A DNA stretch of 64,000 nucleotides. Origin: an uncultured Candidatus Saccharibacteria bacterium (lineage in GTDB: Bacteria > Patescibacteriota > Minisyncoccia > Phycocordibacterales > Phycocordibacteraceae). The translations under genes were made by a program, and so were the position numbers. Numbering within the stretch: the first letter of the stretch is position 1; every line of letters begins with the position of its first letter. Of the stretch, positions 38,463 through 49,159 are shown one piece after another. The stretch is taken from the NCBI GenBank assembly GCA_964646315.1, contig CAZYDN010000002.1, positions 962 to 64,961 of the forward strand. The letters are read 5' to 3'. A model generated the notes under the pieces. It ran no database searches and was not told the origin of the DNA. It saw only the letters and a list, made by a program, of their open reading frames with translations.

Positions 38463-39647
38463 ATGTTGACTCGTATCTCTTCTCTCGCATTACTTCTGGC
38501 ATTCGTTCTCCTGCCAACGGCGAGCGTGCATGCAGCTACACTTCATAGTGGAAGGACTGTAGTAATTTCTGAACCATCATCTGAGAATCTGTACCTTGCC
38601 GCAAGTGATGTCACTATTGCAGCTCCACTTGCACAAGACTTAATTGCTGCCGGGGGAACATTAGGCATTGCCTCTACCGTTGGGGGCGATGCATTACTTG
38701 CGGGAGGAAGTATTGCACTACGCAAGTCAGTAGGTGGAGACGTACGCGCAGTGGGTGGAGATTTCCTAGTAGATAGTGATATTGGAGGAGATCTCATGGT
38801 TGCTGCAGGACGCATAACTGCTTCTACGACGGCAAAAAATATGCACCTAGCAGGTGCTGAAATTCGAGTTGCGGGAAGTGGGGGATCGGTACAGGCATAT
38901 GGAGCAGATATTTATCTCTCGGGCACGATTCGGGGTGACGTAAAAGTAACGGCCTCGGACAAACTCTTTATCGCTGAAGGCACCCGTATCGAAGGTGCTC
39001 TTGCATATGATGCTCCACAAGAAGTAGTTGTGCCCGCAACCGCCACGATTGCTGGGGGAGTGACGTATACCGGTTCGTCCACGTTCCTGCCTACAAATGA
39101 GGAGGCAAAACGCTTTGCTATTGCAGGGGCGGGCGTTCTGCTTGTAGTGCGAATCATTGCCATAGTTATTGCGGCGGGTCTTGTGGTAGGGCTTTTTCCG
39201 GTACTTGCCTCAATGGTGGTGGAACGCTCTATGCTTCATTCTCCCCGTCGTTCAGTACTCTATGCCTTACTTGGCTTTGCGACCATTGTGGTAACTCCCG
39301 TATTGGTATTGTTCTTGCTTGTATCCTTTGTGGGTATAGCTCTTGGCATACTCCTGAGCGCACTGTATGTATTTCTTCTCCTTCTCGCATATCTCTATGC
39401 GGGACTTATTGCGGGAGCCGCGCTCTACCGTGCGATCTTTAAAAGGGAGTACGTCACCTGGCGAACAGCGGTACTGGGCACATTTGCACTCTATGCAGTG
39501 AGCGCAGTACCGGTTCTCGGCTTCTTAGTTGTTTGTGTCCTTACGTGCGCTGCACTGGGTGCACTCATTGGTATTACGTATCAGGCGGCATTTGGACGAA
39601 CAGACTCCGAGGAATCTGTAGTAATCGAAGAAGGTCTAGAAGCGTAA
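38463..39647 (+). CDS. hypothetical protein with bactofilin-like beta-helix repeats (GGD..V.GGD) and C-terminal polytopic membrane domain
   Basis: Signal peptide, Gly/Asp-rich repeats, then 4-5 TM helices. Confidence 0.45.
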   Translation: MLTRISSLALLLAFVLLPTASVHAATLHSGRTVVISEPSSENLYLAASDVTIAAPLAQDLIAAGGTLGIASTVGGDALLAGGSIALRKSVGGDVRAVGGDFLVDSDIGGDLMVAAGRITASTTAKNMHLAGAEIRVAGSGGSVQAYGADIYLSGTIRGDVKVTASDKLFIAEGTRIEGALAYDAPQEVVVPATATIAGGVTYTGSSTFLPTNEEAKRFAIAGAGVLLVVRIIAIVIAAGLVVGLFPVLASMVVERSMLHSPRRSVLYALLGFATIVVTPVLVLFLLVSFVGIALGILLSALYVFLLLLAYLYAGLIAGAALYRAIFKREYVTWRTAVLGTFALYAVSAVPVLGFLVVCVLTCAALGALIGITYQAAFGRTDSEESVVIEEGLEA

Positions 39648-39657
39648 TTACATATCC

Positions 39658-40125
39658 ATGATACTTGCAGAAAAACAAAAAGCTCCAGATTTTTCACTCC
39701 CTGACCAAGACGGGATTGTGCATACGCTTTCGAGTTACGCTGGAAAGTGGGTACTGCTTTATTTTTACCCTAAAGACGATACTCCTGGATGTACCAAAGA
39801 AGCCTGTATGCTTCGTGATGTGTGGCCAGACTTTGGTTCTCTAAACGCTGCGGTCTTTGGGGTGTCTGCGGATTCAGTAAAAAGCCACAAGAAATTCGCA
39901 GAGAAATACGGATTACCGTTTACGCTCCTCTCAGACGAAAGCAAAGATATGCTAAAGGCATATGGTGTATGGGGAATAAAGAAAATGATGGGACGCGAGT
40001 ACGAAGGTATTTCTCGCACTTCCTTCCTCATTGCTCCTGACGGCACTATCACCAAGATATACGAGAGCGTAAAACCTGAATTGCATGCAGTGCAAGTTCT
40101 TGAAGATTTGAAAGCGTACGCCTAA
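39658..40125 (+). CDS. bcp: peroxiredoxin Bcp (AhpC/TSA family)
   Basis: PGCTKEAC active site. Confidence 0.85.
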   Translation: MILAEKQKAPDFSLPDQDGIVHTLSSYAGKWVLLYFYPKDDTPGCTKEACMLRDVWPDFGSLNAAVFGVSADSVKSHKKFAEKYGLPFTLLSDESKDMLKAYGVWGIKKMMGREYEGISRTSFLIAPDGTITKIYESVKPELHAVQVLEDLKAYA

Positions 40126-40246
40126 AAGACTCCATCTACGGTGTTACGGGTCCCTGCCGACTCATCCGTCGTACTCTAAGTACGACTCCTGCGCCGGCCT
40201 TCCCGTTCCTTGTATCTGAAGCCTTTGAGACGTACGCTGTGCACAC

Positions 40247-40927
40247 ATGCCTGAGTTATTTCCGACACCAAAAGCCGAAGAGCGCAGGGTACGAGCATCA
40301 AAAATTGTCTCGTACTTAAAAAAAACCTATCCCATTCCTAAAACGGAACTGCTGTATCAGACACCGTTTCAACTGGTAGTCGCCGTCGTGCTTTCGGCAC
40401 AATGTACCGATAAGAAAGTGAATCAGGCTACGCGAAGGCTTTTTGCTCGTTACCAGAGTGTTCAAGATTTCGCAGACGCAGAACCAAGCGAGTTTGCGGA
40501 AATGGTTTCCTCCCTTACTTTTTTCCAAAACAAGACAAAGCACATTATTGGGGCTGCTAAGCTACTACTCTCAGAATTTGGAGGAGAAGTGCCTAGAACA
40601 GAGAAAGAGCTCATTCGATTGCCAGGAGTGGCCTACAAGACCGCACATGTGGTGCTGGGGGAGTTGTATGGTCTATGGGAGGGTATTCCAACAGACACGC
40701 ATGTGCGCCGGTATGCTCTGCGGTTTGATTTAACAGACCAAACTAACCTCACTCGTATCTCAAAGGATTTAGAGGAGCTGGTGCCAAAGAAGGACTGGAA
40801 ATATGTAAACAATGGTTTAGTGCTTTACGGTAGGTACGTGTGTCCCGCTCTCCCTCATCCCTGTGAAGACCACCCCCTAACAAAGCTGTGGCCGCCCGCA
40901 GCTCATATATGGCCTAAGGCGAAATAG
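40247..40927 (+). CDS. nth: endonuclease III-like DNA glycosylase (HhH-GPD)
   Basis: HhH LPGVAYKTAHVV plus catalytic Lys/Asp context; partial Fe-S Cys set. Confidence 0.8.
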   Translation: MPELFPTPKAEERRVRASKIVSYLKKTYPIPKTELLYQTPFQLVVAVVLSAQCTDKKVNQATRRLFARYQSVQDFADAEPSEFAEMVSSLTFFQNKTKHIIGAAKLLLSEFGGEVPRTEKELIRLPGVAYKTAHVVLGELYGLWEGIPTDTHVRRYALRFDLTDQTNLTRISKDLEELVPKKDWKYVNNGLVLYGRYVCPALPHPCEDHPLTKLWPPAAHIWPKAK

Positions 40928-40963
40928 GCTCAGGTTTCACTTTGGGTCTGGCGGCGGTACCAT

Positions 40964-41662
40964 ATGTCTATGGATAAGAAGCGCCCGGTAGCGGTATTTG
41001 ATATAGACGGAACACTTTTCCGTTCCTCGCTCTTGGTGGAGCTTATGCAGGAATTGGTAAGGCGTGAGATGTTCCCTAAGAGTGTTTTAAAGCTGTGTGC
41101 GGGCACCGAAGGAGAGCTTCAAAACAAGCGCGGAGAGTACGGACCATTTGTACGAAAAATTATTGATGCTTTTGCGGTGCATGCAAAGGGTATTGAGTAC
41201 GGAGTGATTGCAGACATTGCAGGAGAAATTATAGAAGCAAACCGTGACCGCACCTTCCACTACACGCGCGATCTAGTAAAGGAGCTGAAGAAGAAAGGAC
41301 ACTATCTGCTCGCTATCTCATACTCGCCAAAGTTTATTGTGGACGGATTTGCGTATGAACTCGGGTTTGATAAATCGTACGGGGTGTTTTATGAGACGGG
41401 AGCAAGTAACCGCTTCTCTGGGGACATTTCTGACGAACACTTAATTATGAATAAGGGGGCAATTCTTGCTCGTGCCATTGCAAAGAACAACCTCACGCTC
41501 CACGGCTCTGTAGGGGTGGGCTCTACCGAGTCCGATATTTCCGTGCTTGATATGACGGAATCTTCAATTGCGTTTAATCCAAACCGCGTGTTGTATCGCC
41601 ATGCCAAACAAAAACTATGGGAGATGGTAGTAGAGCATAAGGACGTGATTTACGAGATGTAG
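40964..41662 (+). CDS. HAD-superfamily hydrolase (subfamily IB-like)
   Basis: The motif-I sequence is FDIDGTL. Confidence 0.7.
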   Translation: MSMDKKRPVAVFDIDGTLFRSSLLVELMQELVRREMFPKSVLKLCAGTEGELQNKRGEYGPFVRKIIDAFAVHAKGIEYGVIADIAGEIIEANRDRTFHYTRDLVKELKKKGHYLLAISYSPKFIVDGFAYELGFDKSYGVFYETGASNRFSGDISDEHLIMNKGAILARAIAKNNLTLHGSVGVGSTESDISVLDMTESSIAFNPNRVLYRHAKQKLWEMVVEHKDVIYEM

Positions 41663-41677
41663 AAATAATTTGTATCC

Positions 41678-42202
41678 ATGCGTATAGATATTGTTGGAGC
41701 ACCAGCTAGTGGAAAATCTACCCTAGCAGCTGCTATTGCAAAGAAGCTTTCTATTCCCCATATTCACCTCGATCGTTTTTGGTTTGAAAGCGGGGGCAGG
41801 CAATCCAAACAAGTTACTCCAAACATAGAGCAGGTTCGTGCGAAGATTCGAGAGAAGACACTGGAAGCTATCAAGGCTGAAGCATGGGTTTCAGATGGCA
41901 CCTACTTGCATGTGCAGAACGAAGTGGTATCCCGTGCGGACGTGCTTATTTTTCTAGATATTCCTCTAGGCTACCGTGTCCTAAATCATGCCAAGCGAGC
42001 TTTTCTTAAACCTAAAATGCACAAAGAGGTTAGTGCATGGGACGACATTACATTTTTTATTGAACTTATAAGGCGGGCATATACAAGTGGCTCCAAACTT
42101 CGAAACTTTGTAAATGAACATACGGATAAAGCAGTAATACTGCGCTCAAATAAAGAGATAAATAATTATCTTAATGGTCTTTTAACTCCTAGAAGAAGGT
42201 AG
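41678..42202 (+). CDS. P-loop NTPase / adenylate-kinase-like (topology-modulation FlaR-like)
   Basis: Walker A GAPASGKST. Confidence 0.6.
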   Translation: MRIDIVGAPASGKSTLAAAIAKKLSIPHIHLDRFWFESGGRQSKQVTPNIEQVRAKIREKTLEAIKAEAWVSDGTYLHVQNEVVSRADVLIFLDIPLGYRVLNHAKRAFLKPKMHKEVSAWDDITFFIELIRRAYTSGSKLRNFVNEHTDKAVILRSNKEINNYLNGLLTPRRR

Positions 42203-42245
42203 TGCTCATTCGATGATAGAAGAAACTACAGGGATCACATTTCTG

Positions 42246-42278
42246 TAGTGTATGCGGGACCTCGTAGGTCCCGCATAC
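42246..42278 (+). terminator. hairpin terminator (gtgtatgcgggacc tcgta ggtcccgcatacac)
   Basis: 14-bp perfect stem. Confidence 0.6.
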
Positions 42279-42309
42279 ACTGAACATTTGATCAAGTAGT
42301 CTAGAAAGA

Positions 42310-42576
42310 GTGATTTGGTATACTGAACACATGACAAAACGACTCTATCGTAGCCAGAAAAATAAGGTGCTCGCGGGCGTGTGTGGCGGCATTGGGGAAT
42401 ACTTTGATGTAGATCCAGTACTTATCCGCCTTGTCTATCTTATGGCGACGGTATTCACCGGGTTTGTGCCTGGTATTCTTTGCTACGTTATAGCCGTTGC
42501 TATTGTGCCTGAGGCTGTGGTCATCACCCCTTCAGAGCCTGTTGAAACAGTGGTGAATGACGCCAAAGAAGTTTAA
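42310..42576 (+). CDS. PspC-domain membrane protein
   Basis: The VLAGVCGGIGEYFDVDP motif matches PspC. Confidence 0.7.
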   Translation: MIWYTEHMTKRLYRSQKNKVLAGVCGGIGEYFDVDPVLIRLVYLMATVFTGFVPGILCYVIAVAIVPEAVVITPSEPVETVVNDAKEV

Positions 42577-43366
42577 AGACACCGTTTGGAAGTATTACCG
42601 TGAGCACGGTAGGTCGGATTTGCCGTGGAGAAAAACCACGGATCCGTACCGTATTCTTGTGTCTGAGGTAATGCTCCAGCAAACTCAGGTTGAGCGGGTA
42701 ATACCGTACTACACCCGGTTTCTAAAGAAGTTTCCAACAGTTCGTGCCCTCGCAAAAGCACCGTTATCACAGGTGCTTATTGCCTGGCAGGGTCTTGGGT
42801 ATAACAGGCGGGCAAAGATGCTCCACGAGGCTGCTAAGGAGGTTGTGAGAGGTCATGGAGGCTTGTTCCCAAGGACAGCGCTTGAGCTTGAGAAACTTCC
42901 TGGAGTTGGTCCCTATACAGCTCATGCGGTGGCAGCTTTTGCATACAACGAAGACGGCATTTGTATTGAAACCAATATCCGTACGGCAGTGACGCATCAT
43001 TTTTTTCCGAAGGGAGAAGGCGTGCCTGATAACGAGGTTCGGGTGGTACTTGAGAAAACGTTTCCGAAAGGACAAGCTCGAGAATGGTATGCGGCACTTA
43101 TGGATTACGGCGCATATTTGAAGCGCTCAGGTGTGCGTATTAATGCGAAAGCAAAAGGATATGCAAAACAAAGCACCTTTAAAGGTTCTGATAGAGAAAT
43201 TCGTGGTGCTATTGTCCGACTCTTAAGTACTGCGCCCGCAGAGCGCACACGAATTTTAAAACTGTTTGAAGTTTCTCGAAGAGACGCTGTAGAAGAACAG
43301 CTTATGAAACTTACTCACGAAGGGTTGACGGTGCGAAAGGGAACGCGGTATCAGCTTCCCGACTAA
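42557..43366 (+). CDS. HhH-GPD base-excision glycosylase (MutY/EndoIII family, no full Fe-S motif)
   Basis: LQQTQV, the HhH LPGVGPYTAHAV, and the catalytic Asp. Confidence 0.65.
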   Translation: MTPKKFKDTVWKYYREHGRSDLPWRKTTDPYRILVSEVMLQQTQVERVIPYYTRFLKKFPTVRALAKAPLSQVLIAWQGLGYNRRAKMLHEAAKEVVRGHGGLFPRTALELEKLPGVGPYTAHAVAAFAYNEDGICIETNIRTAVTHHFFPKGEGVPDNEVRVVLEKTFPKGQAREWYAALMDYGAYLKRSGVRINAKAKGYAKQSTFKGSDREIRGAIVRLLSTAPAERTRILKLFEVSRRDAVEEQLMKLTHEGLTVRKGTRYQLPD

Positions 43367-44523
43367 CGGCTGTCCCTAATAAAATAGGTGCTTCCGAGTC
43401 CCGTAACCAAAAGGAAGGCGCCCATACTAATAAAGAATATAAAGTAGCTACCGCCCGTAAGTGCCAAAATAATACTTGCGGTGAGTGGTGCTGCCAGCGC
43501 TGCAAGAGGGCGCGTGACGCGGTAGAGGGTAAGGGTGTTGGTATCTGCTGAAGAAACTCTTCGGAAGAAGTGACCTTCTACCATCGCTTCTACGAGCGCA
43601 CTTCCAAGACGACTCACAATCAAAATAGTGAGCACTATGTAGAGTGGAGTGGTTGTGGTTACAAACGCAAGCGCACCAAACGCGGTAGACATAAGTACAA
43701 ACCCTGCAATAAGAATTTCCTTATCACCAAGCCATTTGTCTGCGATATATCCGGCCGGATACTCTACGAGTACAAAGGGGAGAAGCATGACCGCAAACAT
43801 CCATCCTAAATCTGACCACGGCATACCAAGCACGTGGTGCAGGTAAAGAGGAATATAGAAAGGTGCGAGATGGAAGAAAAATTGCAGCACGCCGTTACCA
43901 AAGGCTACGGCTCGTAGGTCTGCATCCATGAACACACACTTGCAACTCTCTATCAATTTTGCCGGACGCTCAACTCGCTGTTCTGGTAGGTTTTCATACA
44001 GCAGAAGCGTAATGAACGGTGTCATTGAAATGGCTGCAGCTAGGAATACGCGCCAGTATTCGTTTGTACCGTCGAGGAAGTACGCAATCAAGAGCGGCGC
44101 CACAATGAGGGCAGTGTTTCCTGCGGTGATGAACGCGGTGCGCACTCGGCCCATTTCCCCGTGCTCGGTACCGGTAGCTTCAAGGAGAAGATCTAGAAGA
44201 TATTGAATAAAGGGGGATGCGGCACATACAAAAGCCAAGCAGAACGCTGCCAGCCAGAACGGGGGTTGCTCTGCAAGAAGCAGAAGTGCGGTTGCAATCA
44301 TAGTCGCAACAACAATTGCCGTGCGCTTTATGCCGTAGCGCGCAGCAATCTTAGGAACGAACGGATATGCAAGGAGGGTACCTATGGCGCCAGCAGAAAT
44401 CACGAGGCCTGTTTGGTCGTCGGGGAGGAAGGTGGCCAGGTATGGCGTCATCACATACACAATCAAAAAGAAGTGCATCGACGAAAAGAAGTTGCCGATT
44501 GAAAGAACACGCCTAGGGTGCAT
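43363..44523 (-). CDS. MFS transporter
   Basis: 12-TM MFS pattern. The start is placed at the ATG (MHPRRV); the ORF-track TTG at 44556 is less likely. Confidence 0.7.
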   Translation of the reverse strand: MHPRRVLSIGNFFSSMHFFLIVYVMTPYLATFLPDDQTGLVISAGAIGTLLAYPFVPKIAARYGIKRTAIVVATMIATALLLLAEQPPFWLAAFCLAFVCAASPFIQYLLDLLLEATGTEHGEMGRVRTAFITAGNTALIVAPLLIAYFLDGTNEYWRVFLAAAISMTPFITLLLYENLPEQRVERPAKLIESCKCVFMDADLRAVAFGNGVLQFFFHLAPFYIPLYLHHVLGMPWSDLGWMFAVMLLPFVLVEYPAGYIADKWLGDKEILIAGFVLMSTAFGALAFVTTTTPLYIVLTILIVSRLGSALVEAMVEGHFFRRVSSADTNTLTLYRVTRPLAALAAPLTASIILALTGGSYFIFFISMGAFLLVTGLGSTYFIRDSR

Positions 44524-44552
44524 TTTATAGATTGTAGCATTCCGCTCGCACA

Positions 44553-44696
44553 CCAAATCTGTACACGGCCCGTCCTTCAGGCGCCGTAGTGCATAGTCGT
44601 CTCGTAACGAAAAAGTGACGAGCGCTCCGCTAAATCACTTTTTCTTCTCGACTCCGTGCACCACTGGCTGCTTCCGGTTTAGTGTACAGATTTGGC
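44553..44696. repeat. 14-bp perfect inverted repeat pair CCAAATCTGTACAC / GTGTACAGATTTGG separated by 116 bp
   Basis: Seen in sequence upstream of the MFS gene start. Confidence 0.6.
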
Positions 44697-44895
44697 ATGC
44701 ATCGCTCCAGTGTGGGGAGTAAAGCAAACCGCCGCACGAAGTGCGGCGGTTTGCTTAAACGAAGCTATATGAGCCTAGTCGAAAAGCTTCAGATGCGAGG
44801 CGCGGGAGAGTAATTTCTGGAGGCGTACTGGAAGTACGGTGTAGGAAATTGCTGGGACCCGCAACGAAGTATCTGGAGTTTTTAGGCGGCTCTAC

Positions 44896-46857
44896 CTAGA
44901 CGCCGATGAGAACAGGAATCACCATAGGAGCCTTGTTCGTACGGGTGAAGAGGTACCCAGCCATGGTGTCGCTGAGTGCGTTCTTCACGAAGTCGAGATC
45001 CACAGGATTCATACCCTCGGTAGTGTCTTCCACGGTCTTCTTAATGAGAAGACGTGCCTGGTTGAGCATCTCCTGGTTTTCACGAAGGTAGATAAATCCA
45101 CGACTGATGATATCTGGAGACTTGCGAAGTTTACCGGTCTTAAGGTTCACCGTCGCAATGATGACAAACATGCCATCCTTTGAAAGTGCCTGGCGATCGC
45201 GGATAACTACTTCCTGAATGTCGCCGATAGAGAAACCGTCCACAACAAGCGGTGAGTTAGGTACTCGCTCCTTGTGTACAAACATGGTCTTGCCTTCGAT
45301 GAGGTCGATAACAGAACCATTATCGGCAAGCACAATCTGGTCGCGCGGACGTCCTGCTTGTTCTACCGCCTTAGCGTGGCAACTGGTCATTGAGTAGTAG
45401 CCATACGCGGGCATGAAGAACTTAGCGCCAACCTGCTGGTTGATCCATACGAGCTCTCCAGAGTTTCCGTGACCGGTTGAGTGAACGTCGGAAGACTTGT
45501 AGTGAATGAGTGTTGCGCCATTTCGGTACAACATATCCTTCAAGTTCTGTACGGAGATTTCGTTACCTGGAATAACGGAAGAAGAAAGCACGATGGTGTC
45601 ACGAGGAGAAAGAATGATGTTCTTATGCTGCTTGGTAGCAATACGCATAAGCGCTGCAAACTCTTCTCCCTGAGCACCTGTCGCAAGCACCACAATCTTG
45701 TCGGCAGGGTAATCCTGAATTTCCTGAGCCGTGATGATGGTTTCTTTCTTTACCGCAAGCAAACCGGTAAGCTGTGCAATTTCGAGGTTGGTGCGCATAG
45801 ACCTACCCTCCATCACAATTTTCTTACCAAGTGATTCTGCAATCTGAATGATGCGAATCATACGCTCAAACTGAGAAGCAAAAGTTCCGATGATGAGGCG
45901 TCCCTGTACGGTGCGCACGATATTCTCGAGTGTCTCGTGTACGCGCTTCTCGGGAATAGAGAACCCGTCACGCTCAGCGTTAGTAGAGTCGGCAATAAAG
46001 AAGAGGTTGTTGTCCTTTCCAATTTCACCCCACTTCTTCTGCTCGTGGTCTGCGGGAATACCACCCTCGTGATCGAGTTTTAGGTCTCCGGTAGCTACCA
46101 CATTGCCCCACGGGGTTTCGATAGAGATACCCATTGAGTCAGGAATGGAGTGGGTTACCGGGAAGAACTTTACGCGGGAACTTCCCACCGTGTGAACACT
46201 TCCAGGCTCTACTACACGAATGTCGAGAGCTGCCATGTCAGGGTATTCCTCCTGACGCTTCGCAATCATGATTGCGGTTAGATTCTGCGTGTAAATCGGT
46301 GGATTACCGAAACGTCCCATAAGGAACGGGATACCGCCGATGTGGTCGAGGTGACCGTGCGTAATGAACACTGCACGTACACGGTCCTGATTCTTCTCGA
46401 GGTAACGAGTATTTGGAAGAATGTAGTCGACTCCTGGGTTAGTACCACCGGGTACGAATTGGAATCCTGCGTCGCATACGAAGATGTCGTTTTGGGTTTC
46501 TACCGCAAACATGTTGCGTCCCACTTCTTCAACGCCACCAAGGGGTACGATACGGACCGTTTTTTCGTCACAAGGAGCGGGGAAGTAATCTGGCTTATTC
46601 TTTTCAGTACCCTGACCGCCCTGTGAAGGAGAACCTCCACCAGGACGACGAAGAGTACGACGAATCTGACGACCGACGCCTCCGGGGCGTGAACCTTGAT
46701 CGCCTGGTCCGCGACCAGAACCACCACGGTTGCGACCGCCACGAGTACCACGCGTGCGAGTTCCCTCAGGACGAGGTCCTTGTGGGTCTCTGGCGGGTGG
46801 TGGAGTGCCCCCTGAACGCTCGCGAGGAGCAGGGGCAGGAGCTGGAGCTGCTGACAT
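44896..46857 (-). CDS. rnj: ribonuclease J (metallo-beta-lactamase/beta-CASP) with Arg/Gly/Pro-rich N-terminal extension
   Basis: Motifs HGHLDHIGG and beta-CASP seen. Confidence 0.9.
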   Translation of the reverse strand: MSAAPAPAPAPRERSGGTPPPARDPQGPRPEGTRTRGTRGGRNRGGSGRGPGDQGSRPGGVGRQIRRTLRRPGGGSPSQGGQGTEKNKPDYFPAPCDEKTVRIVPLGGVEEVGRNMFAVETQNDIFVCDAGFQFVPGGTNPGVDYILPNTRYLEKNQDRVRAVFITHGHLDHIGGIPFLMGRFGNPPIYTQNLTAIMIAKRQEEYPDMAALDIRVVEPGSVHTVGSSRVKFFPVTHSIPDSMGISIETPWGNVVATGDLKLDHEGGIPADHEQKKWGEIGKDNNLFFIADSTNAERDGFSIPEKRVHETLENIVRTVQGRLIIGTFASQFERMIRIIQIAESLGKKIVMEGRSMRTNLEIAQLTGLLAVKKETIITAQEIQDYPADKIVVLATGAQGEEFAALMRIATKQHKNIILSPRDTIVLSSSVIPGNEISVQNLKDMLYRNGATLIHYKSSDVHSTGHGNSGELVWINQQVGAKFFMPAYGYYSMTSCHAKAVEQAGRPRDQIVLADNGSVIDLIEGKTMFVHKERVPNSPLVVDGFSIGDIQEVVIRDRQALSKDGMFVIIATVNLKTGKLRKSPDIISRGFIYLRENQEMLNQARLLIKKTVEDTTEGMNPVDLDFVKNALSDTMAGYLFTRTNKAPMVIPVLIGV

Positions 46858-46972
46858 AATGTCTATTGGTTAATTGATAGTGAATGAATTCGTAATGTCT
46901 CTGTTCTAGAGTCACTAGACGCTAGCCCCGGAATTTCCTGATAGTGGTTTCAGGAAACACATGAGCCAAAGG

Positions 46973-48703
46973 CTAATGACTCGGCACGAGAAACGGCCAG
47001 ACGTACGCACGCTCTTTGTACCAGGTCGCTACTGTCGCGAATCGGTCCGCGGGCGCCGCAATCTGCGGAAGATTGACGCCGTAAAGGGTCTTAGGGATAG
47101 CATACAGGAAGTCTGGTGCATGCGTAAAGGCAGCTGGGTAATCGGCCGCTATTTTGTCGCTCGCGCTCTGAATATATCCTCTCGCTTTCTCCGGATCGCT
47201 CTCTGCACGTGCCTTTTCAAGGAGCGCGTCCACGGTTGAGTTGGAGTACGACGCAATATTGAGTCCTGGATCTGTCTGTTCGGATGAGTCCCAGAACGCG
47301 TACAAATCTTGCTCGCGACCAATCACCATGCCAAACAGGAGTGCACTGTAGTTGCGAGGACGAATAACTTCCTGAGAGAGATCTCCTGGCTCGAAGAGTT
47401 CAATAGAAGTAGGTACTCCCAGTGACTGCCAGTCAGCCTGCACGGCGGCAGCGATGAGCTTTAGTTCAGGTACGTTTGAAGTGCGGATAGTAATGGTGTC
47501 GATAGACAATTTTGCTTTCGCATTTTTCCATGTGCCAGCTTCCTCGTCGTATACCCATCCCGCGTCTACCAATATCTTTTTTGCGTCTGCAATTCTCGTA
47601 GATGCTTGGGGAAGGGCGGGAGGCACAATACCGTTTCCTTCGGACACGGGACCAATAAGTCCTGTTGCATATCCACCAAGTACGTCGCTCACCACGTGTT
47701 CGCGATCGATTGCTATAGAAAGTGCTTTGCGAACCTCGAGCTGGCCGAGAGCCTCGTTTTCTTTCTTATTAAAGAAGACGCCAAATACACGAGAGTAGGG
47801 TGCGCGTAGCGCGCGTTGAACCCCAATACCATATGCGCTCTCCACCTTACCGCTGCGGTACGCTCCCTGAAGAAGTGTGGGAGTTTGATAAAAACGAACA
47901 TGAATAGTTTCAAGGTAAGGACGACCTAGTGCGTACCCCGGGTCTGCTTTCAAGTCGTACCCTGTAATAGCTCCCTGCTTATCTTCGATAACCTTTTGTA
48001 CTTTAAACGGACCGCTTCCTACTGGATGCTTCATGAGTGGAGAGAAGGGGAAGTCACTATTAGGAATATTGCGCCAAAGATGCGCAGGCAAAATACCAAG
48101 TGTGGTGTCGGCGAGGAACGGAGCGTAGGGCTTCGGAAGGGTAAAGCGAACGGTGCGCGCGTCTACCACCTCTGCCTTAATACTTGCCCAGTTGGAGTAT
48201 TCAGGACTTTTGAGACCAGGATCCTGGGCTTTTTGCACCGTGAATACGACGTCTGTAGCAGTGATAGGAGTTCCATCAGAAAACTTTGCATGATCGCGAA
48301 GAACAAAGGTGTAGATTTTTCCGTCCTCAGAAACACTGTAGCTGGTGGCTATCACTGGCACGAGCGTGCCATCTTTCCCAATACCCATAAGGCCTGCAAA
48401 AGTAAGCGCCGTAAGGTCGCGGTCTGCGTCCGTAAGTGCCAAAAGTGGGTTCACAAAACGAGGAGTTCCTACTGCTCCTTCCGTGAGACTTCCGCCATGA
48501 GCTGGAACTTCCACAAGAAGAGAACGAGTGAATACAAAAAAAGCGACAAGACTCGTAACTACTACCCCCATACCTAAAATAACCGCGATGAGTTTGTCGC
48601 CGGGGGGAAGGGAACGGATATGTCCTGAAATTCTTGCAAGTGGCGCGATAGAACGCGGCGCCACTAGAATTTCGAGGAAGCGTGAAGGACGCTCCGATTT
48701 CAT
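46973..48703 (-). CDS. ABC transporter substrate-binding protein, family 5 (peptide/nickel), membrane-anchored
   Basis: SBP_bac_5-like; start at internal ATG (MKSERP). Confidence 0.7.
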   Translation of the reverse strand: MKSERPSRFLEILVAPRSIAPLARISGHIRSLPPGDKLIAVILGMGVVVTSLVAFFVFTRSLLVEVPAHGGSLTEGAVGTPRFVNPLLALTDADRDLTALTFAGLMGIGKDGTLVPVIATSYSVSEDGKIYTFVLRDHAKFSDGTPITATDVVFTVQKAQDPGLKSPEYSNWASIKAEVVDARTVRFTLPKPYAPFLADTTLGILPAHLWRNIPNSDFPFSPLMKHPVGSGPFKVQKVIEDKQGAITGYDLKADPGYALGRPYLETIHVRFYQTPTLLQGAYRSGKVESAYGIGVQRALRAPYSRVFGVFFNKKENEALGQLEVRKALSIAIDREHVVSDVLGGYATGLIGPVSEGNGIVPPALPQASTRIADAKKILVDAGWVYDEEAGTWKNAKAKLSIDTITIRTSNVPELKLIAAAVQADWQSLGVPTSIELFEPGDLSQEVIRPRNYSALLFGMVIGREQDLYAFWDSSEQTDPGLNIASYSNSTVDALLEKARAESDPEKARGYIQSASDKIAADYPAAFTHAPDFLYAIPKTLYGVNLPQIAAPADRFATVATWYKERAYVWPFLVPSH

Positions 48704-48710
48704 GGTGAGA

Positions 48711-48941
48711 TTAGAGAAGAAAGCCTGCTGCAGCTGAGAGCACAAAGAGTATGGCAATCACGATAGTAGCCCTAAATAGGAACTTTTCGGCGCCACGGCG
48801 CTTGTAGAAAGTGGAGGCGAAATTATCGCCACCAAAGGCCCCTCCTAGGTTGGCGCCGCGCTGTTGAAGCACGATACCTATAATAAGGAGTAGGGAAAGC
48901 GTTATCTCGATGTATGGCAGAGCTGCCTTAAGCGATTCCAT
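48711..48941 (-). CDS. secG: preprotein translocase subunit SecG
   Basis: 76 aa, two TM, Gly-rich loop. Confidence 0.7.
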   Translation of the reverse strand: MESLKAALPYIEITLSLLLIIGIVLQQRGANLGGAFGGDNFASTFYKRRGAEKFLFRATIVIAILFVLSAAAGFLL

Positions 48942-49129
48942 CTGTGAGGGCTACGGTAGCACGGAAAAAGGGGGGTCGCAAGATGGGTGGGAGAGTCGGG
49001 AAGTTGGGGTGATTGTGGAGTACGGAATATTTTCTTGATAGAAAATTTCCTCCTGCTCGGCTCGTCAGTCTGCGCAGAGCCTCCACAATCGCACCAACCT
49101 CCCTTATAGAGGAATAAGGGACGGTGGAA

Positions 49130-49159
49130 TTGACGGTTTTTTCTTTCGTGCCCTATACT
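49130..49159 (+). promoter_or_regulatory. groESL promoter TTGACG-18-TATACT; no CIRCE element found
   Basis: Seen in sequence. Confidence 0.45.
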
